64,000 nt of DNA. Origin: Catajapyx aquilonaris (taxonomy: Eukaryota). This document shows, in pieces, positions 24,515-35,505 of the stretch. The stretch spans positions 124,001 through 188,000 of the forward strand of contig JYFJ02000011.1 in NCBI GenBank assembly GCA_000934665.2. The letters are read 5' to 3'. The notes under the pieces were generated by a model, which saw nothing but the letters and a program-made list of their open reading frames with translations, made no database searches and was not told the origin of the DNA. A program made the translations under genes and the position numbers. Within the stretch, counting starts at the first letter, position 1; each line of letters starts with the position of its first letter.

Positions 24515-27500
24515 ATGTCGAAGAAGCCACGTTTGTTCAGGTTGAAGGGGAGGAAGAGCCTGGACGAGACGGAGGATGGGAGGAGCGGGGGAGGACCCAG
24601 GCAGACCACAATATCCAAGTTTTTTGTCAGACAGGTGAGAGGAGCACGCCGGCGCATTGTCTGGAGATACATTACTTATTAATTAATATATGGGGTAATT
24701 ACCTAACATTACTAATATAATGGCCATTTTAATCAATGTATGGGTAATACCTTAGCTCACTAACATAATTACCATTTACATGTAATATAAAGAACATGAC
24801 TAATGCAATTGTACCATATTTTAATTTAATTAATATTAGAGTAATTACCTAACATTGTTATAACAATTACCGTGTAATTATATTCACGAAGATTCGTAGA
24901 TCCTCTCCGACGTGTGATCGTCTTACAATATGCATTATTTGTTATTTTTTTGCAGAAATCTCCTGAAGCGTCAACTAGCAACACACCGGCAGCAAAGAAA
25001 CCAAAGCTTGAAGAAGAATCAGGGGCGTTTACCACTAGAGAGCCGGTTGTTAAGAAAGCAAGGGTTGAAGAGGAACCTGGGGCGTTTGCCACTAGAGAGC
25101 CGGTTGTTAAGAAAGCAAGGGTTGAAGAGGAACCGGGGGCGTCTACCAGTAGTGGGCCAGTTGTTAAAAAGGCGAGGGTTGAAGAGGAATCGGAGGGCAT
25201 CGCAGGGGTGTCGAAGCAGACTTTGGACAAGCTGAGCATGTTTTCTTTAAGTGGAGGGAGCAGCCGCAAAACGGTTGTGGATAATGGCAAATATGCGCCA
25301 GTAGATAATGGCAAGGATGCACCAATAGATTATGGCCAAGATGTTACAGAAGGTTGGACAGTTACGGCAGAAGTGGCACTGCAACATAAGGCTTATGAGA
25401 AAAAAGGTGCTTCTGAATCGAATGAAGATTTCCTCAAGTTTGTTCGGAAGCCTAAGGTCAAATACACGCCTTTGGAGCTGCAAGTGCTGGACTTGAAGAG
25501 AAAGTATACAGATGCTCTATTATTTGTGGAGTGTGGATACAAGTACAGATTTTTTGGAGAAGATGCTGAGGTGAATAGATCAGAACCTACGTATATATGT
25601 AATAGATCCTGAATTCAGTGGACACGTTTGTCCAGTATAGTATGTTAGTGTGGTTCTACTTTTTGATATTATTGGTATTATTAATATGCACATTAGGTTG
25701 TTTTGTGCGTATATGCTGACTCATTTTAACTGTCAGTATTGCCGCCTAGGCATTGTCGACTGGTCGTGCAGAAATTGCATGTACACATAGAATGGCATAA
25801 GCATGAGTTTTCAGAGGCTATATACTGGCACACTGCCACTGATTGAAACTGAATTAGGACAGATGTCCACTTCCACAGTATTAATGATGCATGCCCACAT
25901 TTTAAATTCAGATTCGCATATTTTGTGATGATCAGGAAGTGATTGTACAAGTACTTTACCAAGAAATAGTGATGGCACAGAGCCCATTTTCGGCCTTCTA
26001 GAGGAAATGTGCTACATCCACAATTTTGATTACAAAAATAATATCTTTTATTTCCAGATTGCAGCACGTGAACTGAACATATATGCTCATGTGGACCACC
26101 AGTTTATGACTGCCAGTATCCCAGTGCACAGGCTGCAGGTTCACGTGAGGCGGCTGGTGTCCAAGGGATACAAGGTTGGAGTGGTTAACCAGACTGAAAC
26201 TGCAGCTCTGAAGGCTGCTGGTGTAAACAAGAGTGCACCCTTTGAGAGGAAACTGACTGCCTTGTACACCAGAGCCACACTGATTGGAGATGATATGGAA
26301 TTAAATGAGACAGTATTAGACTCATCTGATACCAGCAACTCAACAGAGGGGCTAACAGCATATATTTTGTGTGCCATGGAAGTCATGGTTAATAAGAAGG
26401 TTACCATTGGGATGGTGGTAAGTAATAATGGGTTATTTTCATTTGAGTTGCACATCTTGATTAAATGTACCATCACATGCAGGCAGTTCAACCCTCAACA
26501 GGAGACTTTATATATGACCAATTTGAGGACTTGCTTGGCTTCCCTGTCTTCTCCTCACGCCTGGCCCACATTCAACCTGCCGAGATACTTCTACCAAATG
26601 AACAAGTGTCAGATGGCTTTATCAGGGCAGCTTCTGACTCACTGTGGCAGGAGGAGAGGGTTCGGATTGAGAGACTACCTATAGATTGGTTCCAGTACTC
26701 GGATGCTCTCCGAAATTTGACCCGGCTGGAGGAGAACGGAAACAACTCTTTTCAAGAGCTGGCTGTGCAGCCACCAGCTGTGGTTTCCTGCGCAAGTGCA
26801 CTGGTGACCCATTTGAAGGAGTTTGGCCTGGAGAGAGTGCTTCATTTTGGAAGGTATATTGTGTGGAAGATTTTCTGAGGGGCTCATATATCTAAGCTCT
26901 CTCTCTCTCTGAACAATTTATGCAATTTATAAATTTAATGTTTTTCAGGTTAAATAAATTCACAACTGTAGACTCATATTTACAACTGGATGAAATGGCA
27001 GTGCACAATTTGGAGCTCTTTTCCAACTCTGCCACAGGCAGTCTCAAGGGCAGTTTGCTATGGATATTGAACCACACTAACACCAAGTTTGGTGCCAGGT
27101 AAGAAATTTACAGTACTCAGTCCTAACATAGCTGAACAGACTTATATGGCCATCCTAAGGCAGAATTAAAGCAGTGTACTTGGACCCAGACGTTGTAGCA
27201 AAGTGTTTTTTATTTTTTATTTTTTTAAATGTTTAAAGGCGATTTAGAAAAGGTCATTAATGTGAAACTTCTTAAAACTTGGCCTGCCTGCATGGAAACC
27301 GTAATATTTATTTTTAGATTGCTACAGCAGTGGATATCACATCCCTTGAGGGACATTACTCAGATAAGAGAGAGACAAGATGCTATTGCTGAGATTCTTG
27401 AGTCTTCAACTTCTCCTCTGTTTACACAACTGAAAAATGCATTGAAAAAATTGCCTGATTTAGAAAGAGGACTGACAGCTGTGGCGCATGGAAAAGTAAG

Positions 27501-30500
27501 TAAAATGTGCAAAATTTTTGCAGAACCTTTTTTATTGTCTGCACACATGCTCAGATGCTCCACAATTCTCCTGACCCTCTTTTCAGAAATGCTATCAAAC
27601 CTAGAGAAAGTCAGTTGTAACTCAATTTCACACTCTGCCAGAAGTGCAGCATCATCTGCTTAACCCAGATATGCTAGGAATTTTTTTTGTTGAATTTTTG
27701 AACTTTTTTTTTTTTTTATTAGTTCCCAAAACACAAATATGAGGTTAGCCTATTTGGAATCCTTAACAAATTGGCTGGTCCAAACCTAATTTCTGTATGA
27801 GTATCGGTTCTGAAGGTATGCGCTGTTGATGATATGTCAATTGTTGGGTGCATATAAAAAGAAATGCCGCAAATTTTAAAAAATCCAGTTCGACTGATGA
27901 TTTTTGTACATTTTTGTGGTAATTTTTTTTTGTGTTTGGCGTTTACTTATTGCCATAAATAAGAATAATTAAGCATGAATTCATGATGATTATCTTTATT
28001 TGATTTTGTATTTCTAGTGCAGTCCTTGGGGTTTCTACAGCATCATCGCAGCCCTGAAGAAGCTGTATCAACTGCTGAGCAGCATGGAAGATCATGTCTC
28101 AGACATTGAGAGCATTTTTCTGAAGAAGTTGTTGACTGGAATAAGTGAAGCATTTAGCAGTGTACATGAGTACATAAGCAACATCGATGAGAAGGCAGCT
28201 AAGTGAGAATATTCTCATAATGCTCTGAAAGCTGCATGTAGTGGACCTTATACGTAGCAGAAACATATCTACCATGGGAGGGGGGCCCATTTCATAAGCA
28301 CAAGGTGAACAAGGCTTAAAGGGCGGAGAGCAAGCCCACCGCAGGCGCAAATTTTTTGGGGGGGTTCCAGGTCACACGAGCTTAGGTGAATGTGGGACAT
28401 TTGAATGGTTGTGTATTTAATGAAATTGGTAGCACTTTTTCCAAAAAATCATGAATTAGTAATTTCTAATGCTATTTCAAACTGTCCTGTATATCGTCGT
28501 GGTCCGGACAAAATTGCGTCACGGTCCGGATTTGGACTGCTGTCCACCAGTTGAATAGCCCTGGGCTAGGTTGTGATTGACTATAGTCACCGTAGGAAAT
28601 GGGGATAGTCTTCTGTTGTTACGTGTCGCTGGACATACCCCGACCCAGTACAGGCTTCCGTAGCCAGTAAGGGGGAAGCACTTTTGTATTGATAAGGTCT
28701 GATAGTCTGGGTATCGCAGCAACTGCTGGCCCAGATATCTTTCCCCCCTATTGGTGTATAATCAGGTGGTGCACCTGCTGGCCCAACTATGACACCAATA
28801 AGGTATCAATGCCAAAAGTAGACTTGCCTATAAGATTTGTTTATGGATCGGTTAGGATATGAAAGTCCGGGCTGCACAGATACTCCTGGCAAAGATATTT
28901 CTTCCTCTCACTGGAAGTATACTCAGGCGACGCGCCTGCTGGCCCAAGTATGACCCCGTTCGGGCCCTATCCCCAAACTATCCCTGCCTGAAATGAAACA
29001 CAATGTATTTCTATTCAACCAGAGCTGGTCCATGAGGAGAGGTCCTTCCTTTTCGACCTCTGCTGACTGACTGACTAACTCGGCTTGAGGCACCTTTATT
29101 TATTAACTCAGTTCATGCACAGTATCGTGGGCAACGCGTGTTCACAAACGACCAGCAAACGACCATTACTAAGGTGTCATACCTGGTTACTAACAACAGG
29201 AACATGGGTACCGGAAGATGCCATACAAACGATCAGAACAATGACAGTGAACACAAATCCGGAATGCCAACAAACAACAACGTTAACAATATGGAATGTG
29301 CAATTTGCATTTTAACAACAACAATAATAATGGGTCATTACATAGCAGAACCTGTCTAGTGCTGAAGCAGATAGCATTTTTATGTCCCTTGATAAGCAAA
29401 ATCCTGTCCATAGTGGAATTAATACTGCAGGTAAGACCATTTCTCAACTTCAGAGAACTGGAATATGAGTGAAAAATGCATCAGCTGCACGTGGGTGACA
29501 AACGTTGCCCTTGCATGCCAAACGTTGGTGGCAGGTCCAACAAATTATGTGTTTGAAAACCATATGGACCTGGCACACCAAACAAAGTGTTCATGCACCT
29601 TTTTTTTCCCCTAATGCAGTGTTAACTGACAATAATTATTCCACTATACTGGTGTTACTGTAGCAGCCCCCTGTCACTTCTATCCCAGGCTAATAGAAAA
29701 AGCTGTGCTGTTATCCCTTCCTGCATTGGCGCTAGTACATCTGCAATGGAATCATGCTGTGGAACTCGCTGCGCCATAGCTACAGCGACCCTGATGGCTC
29801 AACTATGCATTAACACCTAGAGTTAGGTGTTATAAATTAGTCGCAATGGGGGAAGGGATAACAGCACGCAAAATGGCGGCAAGTGACACGACCTCTTCTT
29901 CTTAGACCATGTACTGTAGCATAATTATGTGTAATAAAATCTGCGTTGTTTTCAGAGAAGGGAACAAGACACACCTTTTCAAAGATGTCTCAGTTTACCC
30001 AGCAGTACACGATTGCACCTGCAGTATGGAGGGTGTTATGCAGGATTTAGACAACTTAAGGGAAAGGATCCGAACTACCCTGAGGATATCATCCTTCGAC
30101 TATAAGTGTGTTAACGGTCAAGAGTACCTCATTGAAGTGAAAAACACTCAACTCAAGGCTGTACCATCATCTTGGATGAAGATCAACTCGTAAGTGTTTA
30201 ATAGTAGCTGCACCAAAATACCAACAGAGAGAGAGAGGGAGAGAGGGAGAGAGAGAGAGAGAGAGACAGAGAGAGAGACAGAGAGAGACAGACCCTAAAT
30301 AAGTCAATGTTATAATGCCAAATGGTGGGAAATGCAGTGAATAATATAGTCAGCAAGTTTTCCTGAAAGATTAACCCAGCAAATGACCAACAGGATTGTC
30401 AAAAGTGTGTGATTGTGGATTCAAATCCAAGCATCTTTTATGGCGGGAAAGTTTATCACTAGAAGTCAGGAAGTTACACTATAAAAGGCAGAAATGTGCA

Positions 30501-33500
30501 CACAAATATTCTCCAATAATCCTGAAAGCTGCAAGTCATGCTCTCAAATATTGAAGTGATTTGTGCAGAAGTGAATTTTGGCAGTAATATATAGTGTGAC
30601 AACAGCAACATGTTTTCAAAGAGAGAATAATAATAATATGATATAATAATTGTGGGTAATGCTTTCACCCCCATACGGGGGTATATCGCATGAACCTTTA
30701 TTTATTTATTTATTTCAATTTTCTCAACTTCGGTGCAAGGAATCAAGGAAATTGGGTAAGGATAGGGATTTTCGAGGAGGGGACACGAGTGCAAGTGCAA
30801 TGTCGTTAAACGGGCCAGGAGGCTAGGTTGCCAGACACCTCCTTGGTGCAGGTCAGAGACCCTCCTGACGCAGGTGAAAGGAAAGTTCCCCAGGCAGGGA
30901 TCGAACCTGGGGCCTTTCACTCAGCAAGCCGAGACGTTACCATCTCGGCCACCACACCTCCCCTCAAAGAGAGAATAAAGTACGGAAACCATACATTTCC
31001 TTGACATAAAAAATAGCTGAATTTAACATTTCATCAACATGTGATTAAAAGTAATCTTCCTGTATTGGTTCAGTGCAAAGTAGGCCTACTGTAGAATTCA
31101 TAGATAGACAAAAGTTGTCGTAGGTTTTTGGACAAATGAAAAACGTCAATAGTGCAGGCTGCAGTGACCCCTGCGATGGGTTGTAAACCTAACTCTAGCG
31201 TATGGAAGTGTACTATTACCGTTTATAAGTAATATTTTCTCATTGTTGGCAGAACGAAACAGCTGTGTCGCTACCGTTCTCCAGAAGTAGAAAGACTTCA
31301 CACCAAGCTGTGTCAATTAAGAGAGAAGTTGAGTCAGCATTGCAAGGATGCCTGGTTAGAGTTTCTGGACTCTTTCTCAAAGGACTACCAGCGAATGTGG
31401 AGAGGAGTTAAGCAGCTGGCAGAACTGGATGCTATTTTCTCATTGGCTGATGTTGCCAAGCAGGATGGATATTGCAAGTGAGGATTTGACTTGAGGAATT
31501 ATGTGGTAGAAAATGCTTGTATAAAGCTGGTTTTGCTTCTTTAACTTAGAAGCAGGGCCTGAGCAGGACACACAAAATTACAGTAAAACCCTGATAAGAC
31601 GAACCTCAGTGGTCCAAAATGCAAGCTTTTCATCGTGAATGGATTTTTACAATATGGAATTGCTATGTCACTTCCCCACGACTGCTGTTCCCCTGGATAA
31701 AAGTTACATGTACCTCTCAGATTGGGGAAAGTTTCACATGTACAGCTTTCCAGGCCTACTACTCGTAAAATTTTGATTTGCAAGACACATGCAACATATC
31801 AATGGATTAAAAACCACACTGTGGAAAAATCATCCTAATTGCAATTTTAATGGCACCAAGACATAGTCTCAAGTGGGCGAACACATTACTTTCCAGTTGC
31901 CATGCAAGTCATATTTTTTCTTACCTGATGACTTTTAAAGAGGGGGTAGACTAATTTTGTGTTTCCATCACTTTTGGAATTCTCATGTCTCTAAAACCTA
32001 TACTCATAAATAAAATTATTTTTTCTGAAATACTGCTTCCTAGTTCCTAGAGCTGAAGCTGTGTGCTCTGGTCACAATTCCTGGCTGTCATGATCATCTC
32101 CATGACTAATTTACTTGGTGACAGCTAATGCCACTGGAGAGTATTATAGAATTTCCCCTCCTGCATACTAATCTCAATGAGTTAGGAATTACAGTTGAAC
32201 CCCGATTATCCGTCACCATCGTCGGCTAACCGAAAAGGTCTGATAATCCGAGGAGTAAAAATCTTTGATAAAACAACAAAAAACATAAAACATGAAATAA
32301 CTTACAATATTATGGTTTTCTAAGAAATAGTGAAGTATTTTTCTTTTCACACACACACTCAACTGTACTGTATTTACAGTTTAACTAAGGCAAAACAAAC
32401 AAATGAGTAGAACATTACAGTATTTCATGAAAAAACACAGATTTATTGCTGGAGCGAGACGGTCGGATAATCGGGGTTGTACTGTACTTGACAATTTGTC
32501 AAGTCCACTAAGCATGTACAACTGAGAATCTGAACTACATCAATTCCTATTTCAGACCAACCTTAGTTGAGAGGCCAGCTTGCATCAATGTAGAATCTGC
32601 CTGGCATCCTGTGGTGGCCCAGCTGATGGGATCAGAGGGTCAGTTTGTTCCAAATGACATTTGCCTTCGAGACGGTGTCAAGTGCATGGTCATCACTGGC
32701 CCAAACATGGGTGGGAAATCTTGCTACTTGAGACAGGTAGCCATCCTGGTGGTCATGGCACAGATCGGTGCCTACGTCCCTGCTAAAAGTGCCGAACTTT
32801 CTGTCTTTGATGCAGTATATACCAGGTAACCCAATATTTTGCACTTAAAATATGAAATTTTTTACATAATGTAATACAAATGCAAGTGTTCCTAATGCCC
32901 ATAGTAGCTAGGAATTTTTTGGCATTAAGCTGCTTATTTGAAGCAATTACTTTGTAACAGTTACTGTTGTAGGTTATCAAAGCTATTAGATTACATTAAG
33001 TTCAGTGGAAAACATGACGCTCAGTTTCACAGCCTTGGAAAACTTTTTTTTATTGTCCAGAACAAGGAGATACAAAAAGAAAAATTGTTTTGAATATTTG
33101 TATCTTCTTTTTAGCTCAGCTTGGAACACTGGTGCATAGACTCGTTAAGAAAAAAAAATAGTTGTAAGTTTTTTGTCACGGAGCGAGTCTACAATAATTA
33201 TTATTATGTACTTGATTATTGTTCTCCGTACAAAAGATGCCTCCTTTTCCGAATGAATCATTGGAATAATTAATTTTCACAAATGAGACACACAGATTTC
33301 AGACAGTGGCAACCCATACATTGTGTCATTGCAGAATGGGAGGGAGGGATGACATGAACAGGGGTCGCAGCAGCTTAATGGTAGAGGTTCAGGAGGCATC
33401 CGAGAGTCTCAAGAAAGCCACTCCATACTCCTTAGTCATCATGGATGAGCTTGGCAGGGGGACAGCCACACATGATGGGACTGCTATTGCACAAGCTACC

Positions 33501-33950
33501 TTGCGTCATCTGGTTGGAACAATAGGGTGTGCCACTCTTTTTGTTACTCACTACCCAGAGGTTGTTCAAGTGGAGCATCATATACCCGAAACTAAGAATT
33601 ATCACATGGGATTCATGTTACAAAACCCAGGTGAGTGTGACTTATGAAACCAATATATATTCATTTTTCACTGTGAGAATTCCTTCTTTCCTGTAGGTGA
33701 TGGTGAGGATCACACTCTAACCTTCTTGTACCAGTTGAAGGAAGGAGCGTCTGATCGCAGTTTTGGACTAAATGTGGCCAGGATGGCAGACCTGCCACGG
33801 TCCCTTTTGTGTATTGCAGAAAAAAAATCTAGAGAACTGGAGGATGAAGTACTACAAAAAAGGAGGGAGAAACAGACTCTCATAAATACCTTATCTGCCC
33901 AAGGAAATCAACTGGCAAACCAGCTCAGTGAAGTGCATATGAGTGACTAA
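24515..33950 (+). CDS. MSH3: DNA mismatch repair protein MSH3 (MutS-beta subunit), ~12 coding exons
   Basis: N-terminal PIP box [11 protein letters not shown]3-diagnostic YTPLELQ...[18 protein letters not shown] and [16 protein letters not shown]. Walker [31 protein letters not shown] and SFGLNVA. Exons ~24515-24634, 24956-25570, 26058-26417, 26485-26852, 26949-27098, 27318-27495, 28018-28202, 29955-30189, 31253-31477, 32556-32825, 33335-33630 and 33698-33950. Confidence 0.96.
24993..25195 (+). repeat. Coding 57-bp (19-aa) tandem repeat in MSH3 N-terminal region
   Basis: About 3 copies of [19 protein letters not shown], nearly identical at DNA level between copies 1 and 2. Confidence 0.9.
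28572..29342 (-). mobile_element. Probable solo LTR in an MSH3 intron
   Basis: The - strand begins TGTAATGACCC and ends GTCAATCACA (TG..CA with an imperfect terminal IR). AATAAA on - near 29100. Internal diverged duplication at ~28720-28800 and 28880-28960. The TSD is not clean (taggt/tagca). Confidence 0.5.
29672..29888. mobile_element. Foldback/MITE-like element
   Basis: Inverted arms TGTCACTT/AAGTGACA and GTGCTGTTATCCCTTCC/GGAAGGGATAACAGCAC. The direct repeat TACTGTAGCA occurs at 29656 and 29912. Confidence 0.5.
30226..30292. repeat. (GA)n compound microsatellite
   Basis: GAGA/GACA/GGGA run. Confidence 0.9.
30631..30963 (-). mobile_element. tRNA-derived SINE (A) with 15-bp TSD
   Basis: A box TGGCCGAGATGG and B box GGTTCGATCCC on the - strand, with an (ATT)n tail. 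TSD TCAAAGAGAGAATAA at 30616-30630 and 30964-30978. Confidence 0.88.
32192..32484. mobile_element. Tc1/mariner-pogo (Tigger-like) MITE
   Basis: TA|CAGTTGAACCCCGATTATCCG ... CGGATAATCGGGGTTGTACTG|TA. Confidence 0.85.
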
Positions 33951-34021
33951 TACGGAAATACATCAGGTTACTTCTTGAGGTAAATGCTTCAATGAGAAGT
34001 GCATCAGAGACAGTAATTATG

Positions 34022-34033
34022 AATAAATTTATT
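34022..34033. terminator. Palindromic bidirectional polyadenylation signal AATAAATTTATT
   Basis: Reads AATAAA on both strands. Lies between the MSH3 stop (33950, +) and the small secreted gene stop (34064, -). Confidence 0.7.
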
Positions 34034-34063
34034 ATGAGAATGTCAGTCCTTTTCTATTCACAG

Positions 34064-35505
34064 TCATTCTCCATTGCAAAATTGTCCATCATTCTTGCAA
34101 CAAACTTCTCGTATGAATACCTCAATTAGGTTCTCGCCCTTTTCATCCTCAGAATATGCAAGCATGACCTGAAAATTTTAAATGTTATTAATTTCGTTGT
34201 TGCTGCAGCCAGGAAGTGTGCATGATATAACTGTTGTTCAATTGTCAATTACAGTGCTTTTTGTTCAAAGTTTATGTTGTGATTATGATGTTTACACAGT
34301 TCCCTTTGCAAATGCAGCATCAAAATTATTGGCGGCATACCTTTCCTACCACGTCCTCTGTGGGTTTAATGCCCAGTTGATGATACATGTACTTGCAGTC
34401 CTGACCAGCTGCCGCTAAGCGTTCATGAGTCACCTTTAGCTAGAGAAAATATAGCGGTTCAATGTTGTCCTTACTCAGCAATGATGGTACATTTGCATGC
34501 ATTATGCAGTGTGTTCCAGGTCGCAAAATTCAAGCAAAGTTATATATATGGTAGCTTTTGCCTTCGAATGAGAGGTGTCCAATTATACAGCAGCTGCTAT
34601 GTTCTTCCACACCTGGGAATAATAGGGCACCTCTATTACTGTGAAAAAGATAGTCAAAAAATAACAAATTCAGGCCAAATTAAACCCGGAAACCTGGGAC
34701 ACACTGTCTGCAGTGATCCATATTGTCATTACACGTCAACTAATCATACTGAACACGTCTGCATGAGTCAAGGTATCTTTTATCACACAAGCCTGAAGTC
34801 CGAATACTGTATCTCAATATCATTTGATAATATTGTTAATCTTTGAAAATGTGGGATTGACATGCAATATAAGTGTATTTGATGTTTTTGTATGTCGCAA
34901 GAATATCTTACGCAATCATCCCGACATGGTTCTTCTGATTCAGGTGGATGGAAAGTGTGGACATCTTCCTCACCTTCTGACTGTACAACCAGCACGCATG
35001 TGCAGTAGTCAATGTCCTGTGCCAGTGCAGCAAATATTACACTGGAGAGAAAGATAAAAGCATGCACCAAACTGCATTGTGAATGAACTGACATTAGTTG
35101 TATACTGAATTGTGCACTTGATTTTTTTAAATAAAATTAAAGACAAAAATGACAAAGTAATTGTATGGTTATGTCCCTCTTACTTTCAGTGACTTTTATT
35201 GCAGAGTTTGTGGTAACAAACCAAATTTTTGAATTATTATTGTTGGTTCTCAAAGATTCCTGTAACCTCTGTGGTATATTAATTGTTCTCTTGGGAATAG
35301 AGCCTTGTTCTGTGTTGCCAATGAAAAAACTTTAAAAAATTTGAATATAGGCCTAAGTCTTTGCTAAATCCATAATAATTATGCAATATCAGGTCTAAAT
35401 AATTACCTTACATTCACAAGAACAAATCAATGCAACTTAAAATGCAGCAGTGATGGGTATTAATATAACATACCTGCCCAATATTAGGATGAAGAAGGAT
35501 GCCAT
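34064..35505 (-). CDS. Small secreted cysteine-rich protein, 121 aa (follicle cell protein 3C-like pattern, tentative)
   Basis: Exons 35505-35474, 35041-34912, 34439-34341 and 34168-34064 are all GT-AG and phase-consistent. Translation: MASFFILILGSVIFAALAQDIDYCTCVLVVQSEGEEDVHTFHPPESEEPCRDDCLKVTHERLAAAGQDCKYMYHQLGIKPTEDVVGKVMLAYSEDEKGENLIEVFIREVCCKNDGQFCNGE*. Signal peptide and 8 Cys. Confidence 0.8.

Noticed and set aside
26270..26310. U12-type intron, as I recall for human MSH3 near the IGED motif
   Set aside because: The reading frame is continuous here ([10 protein letters not shown]), and no RTATCCTT donor is seen.
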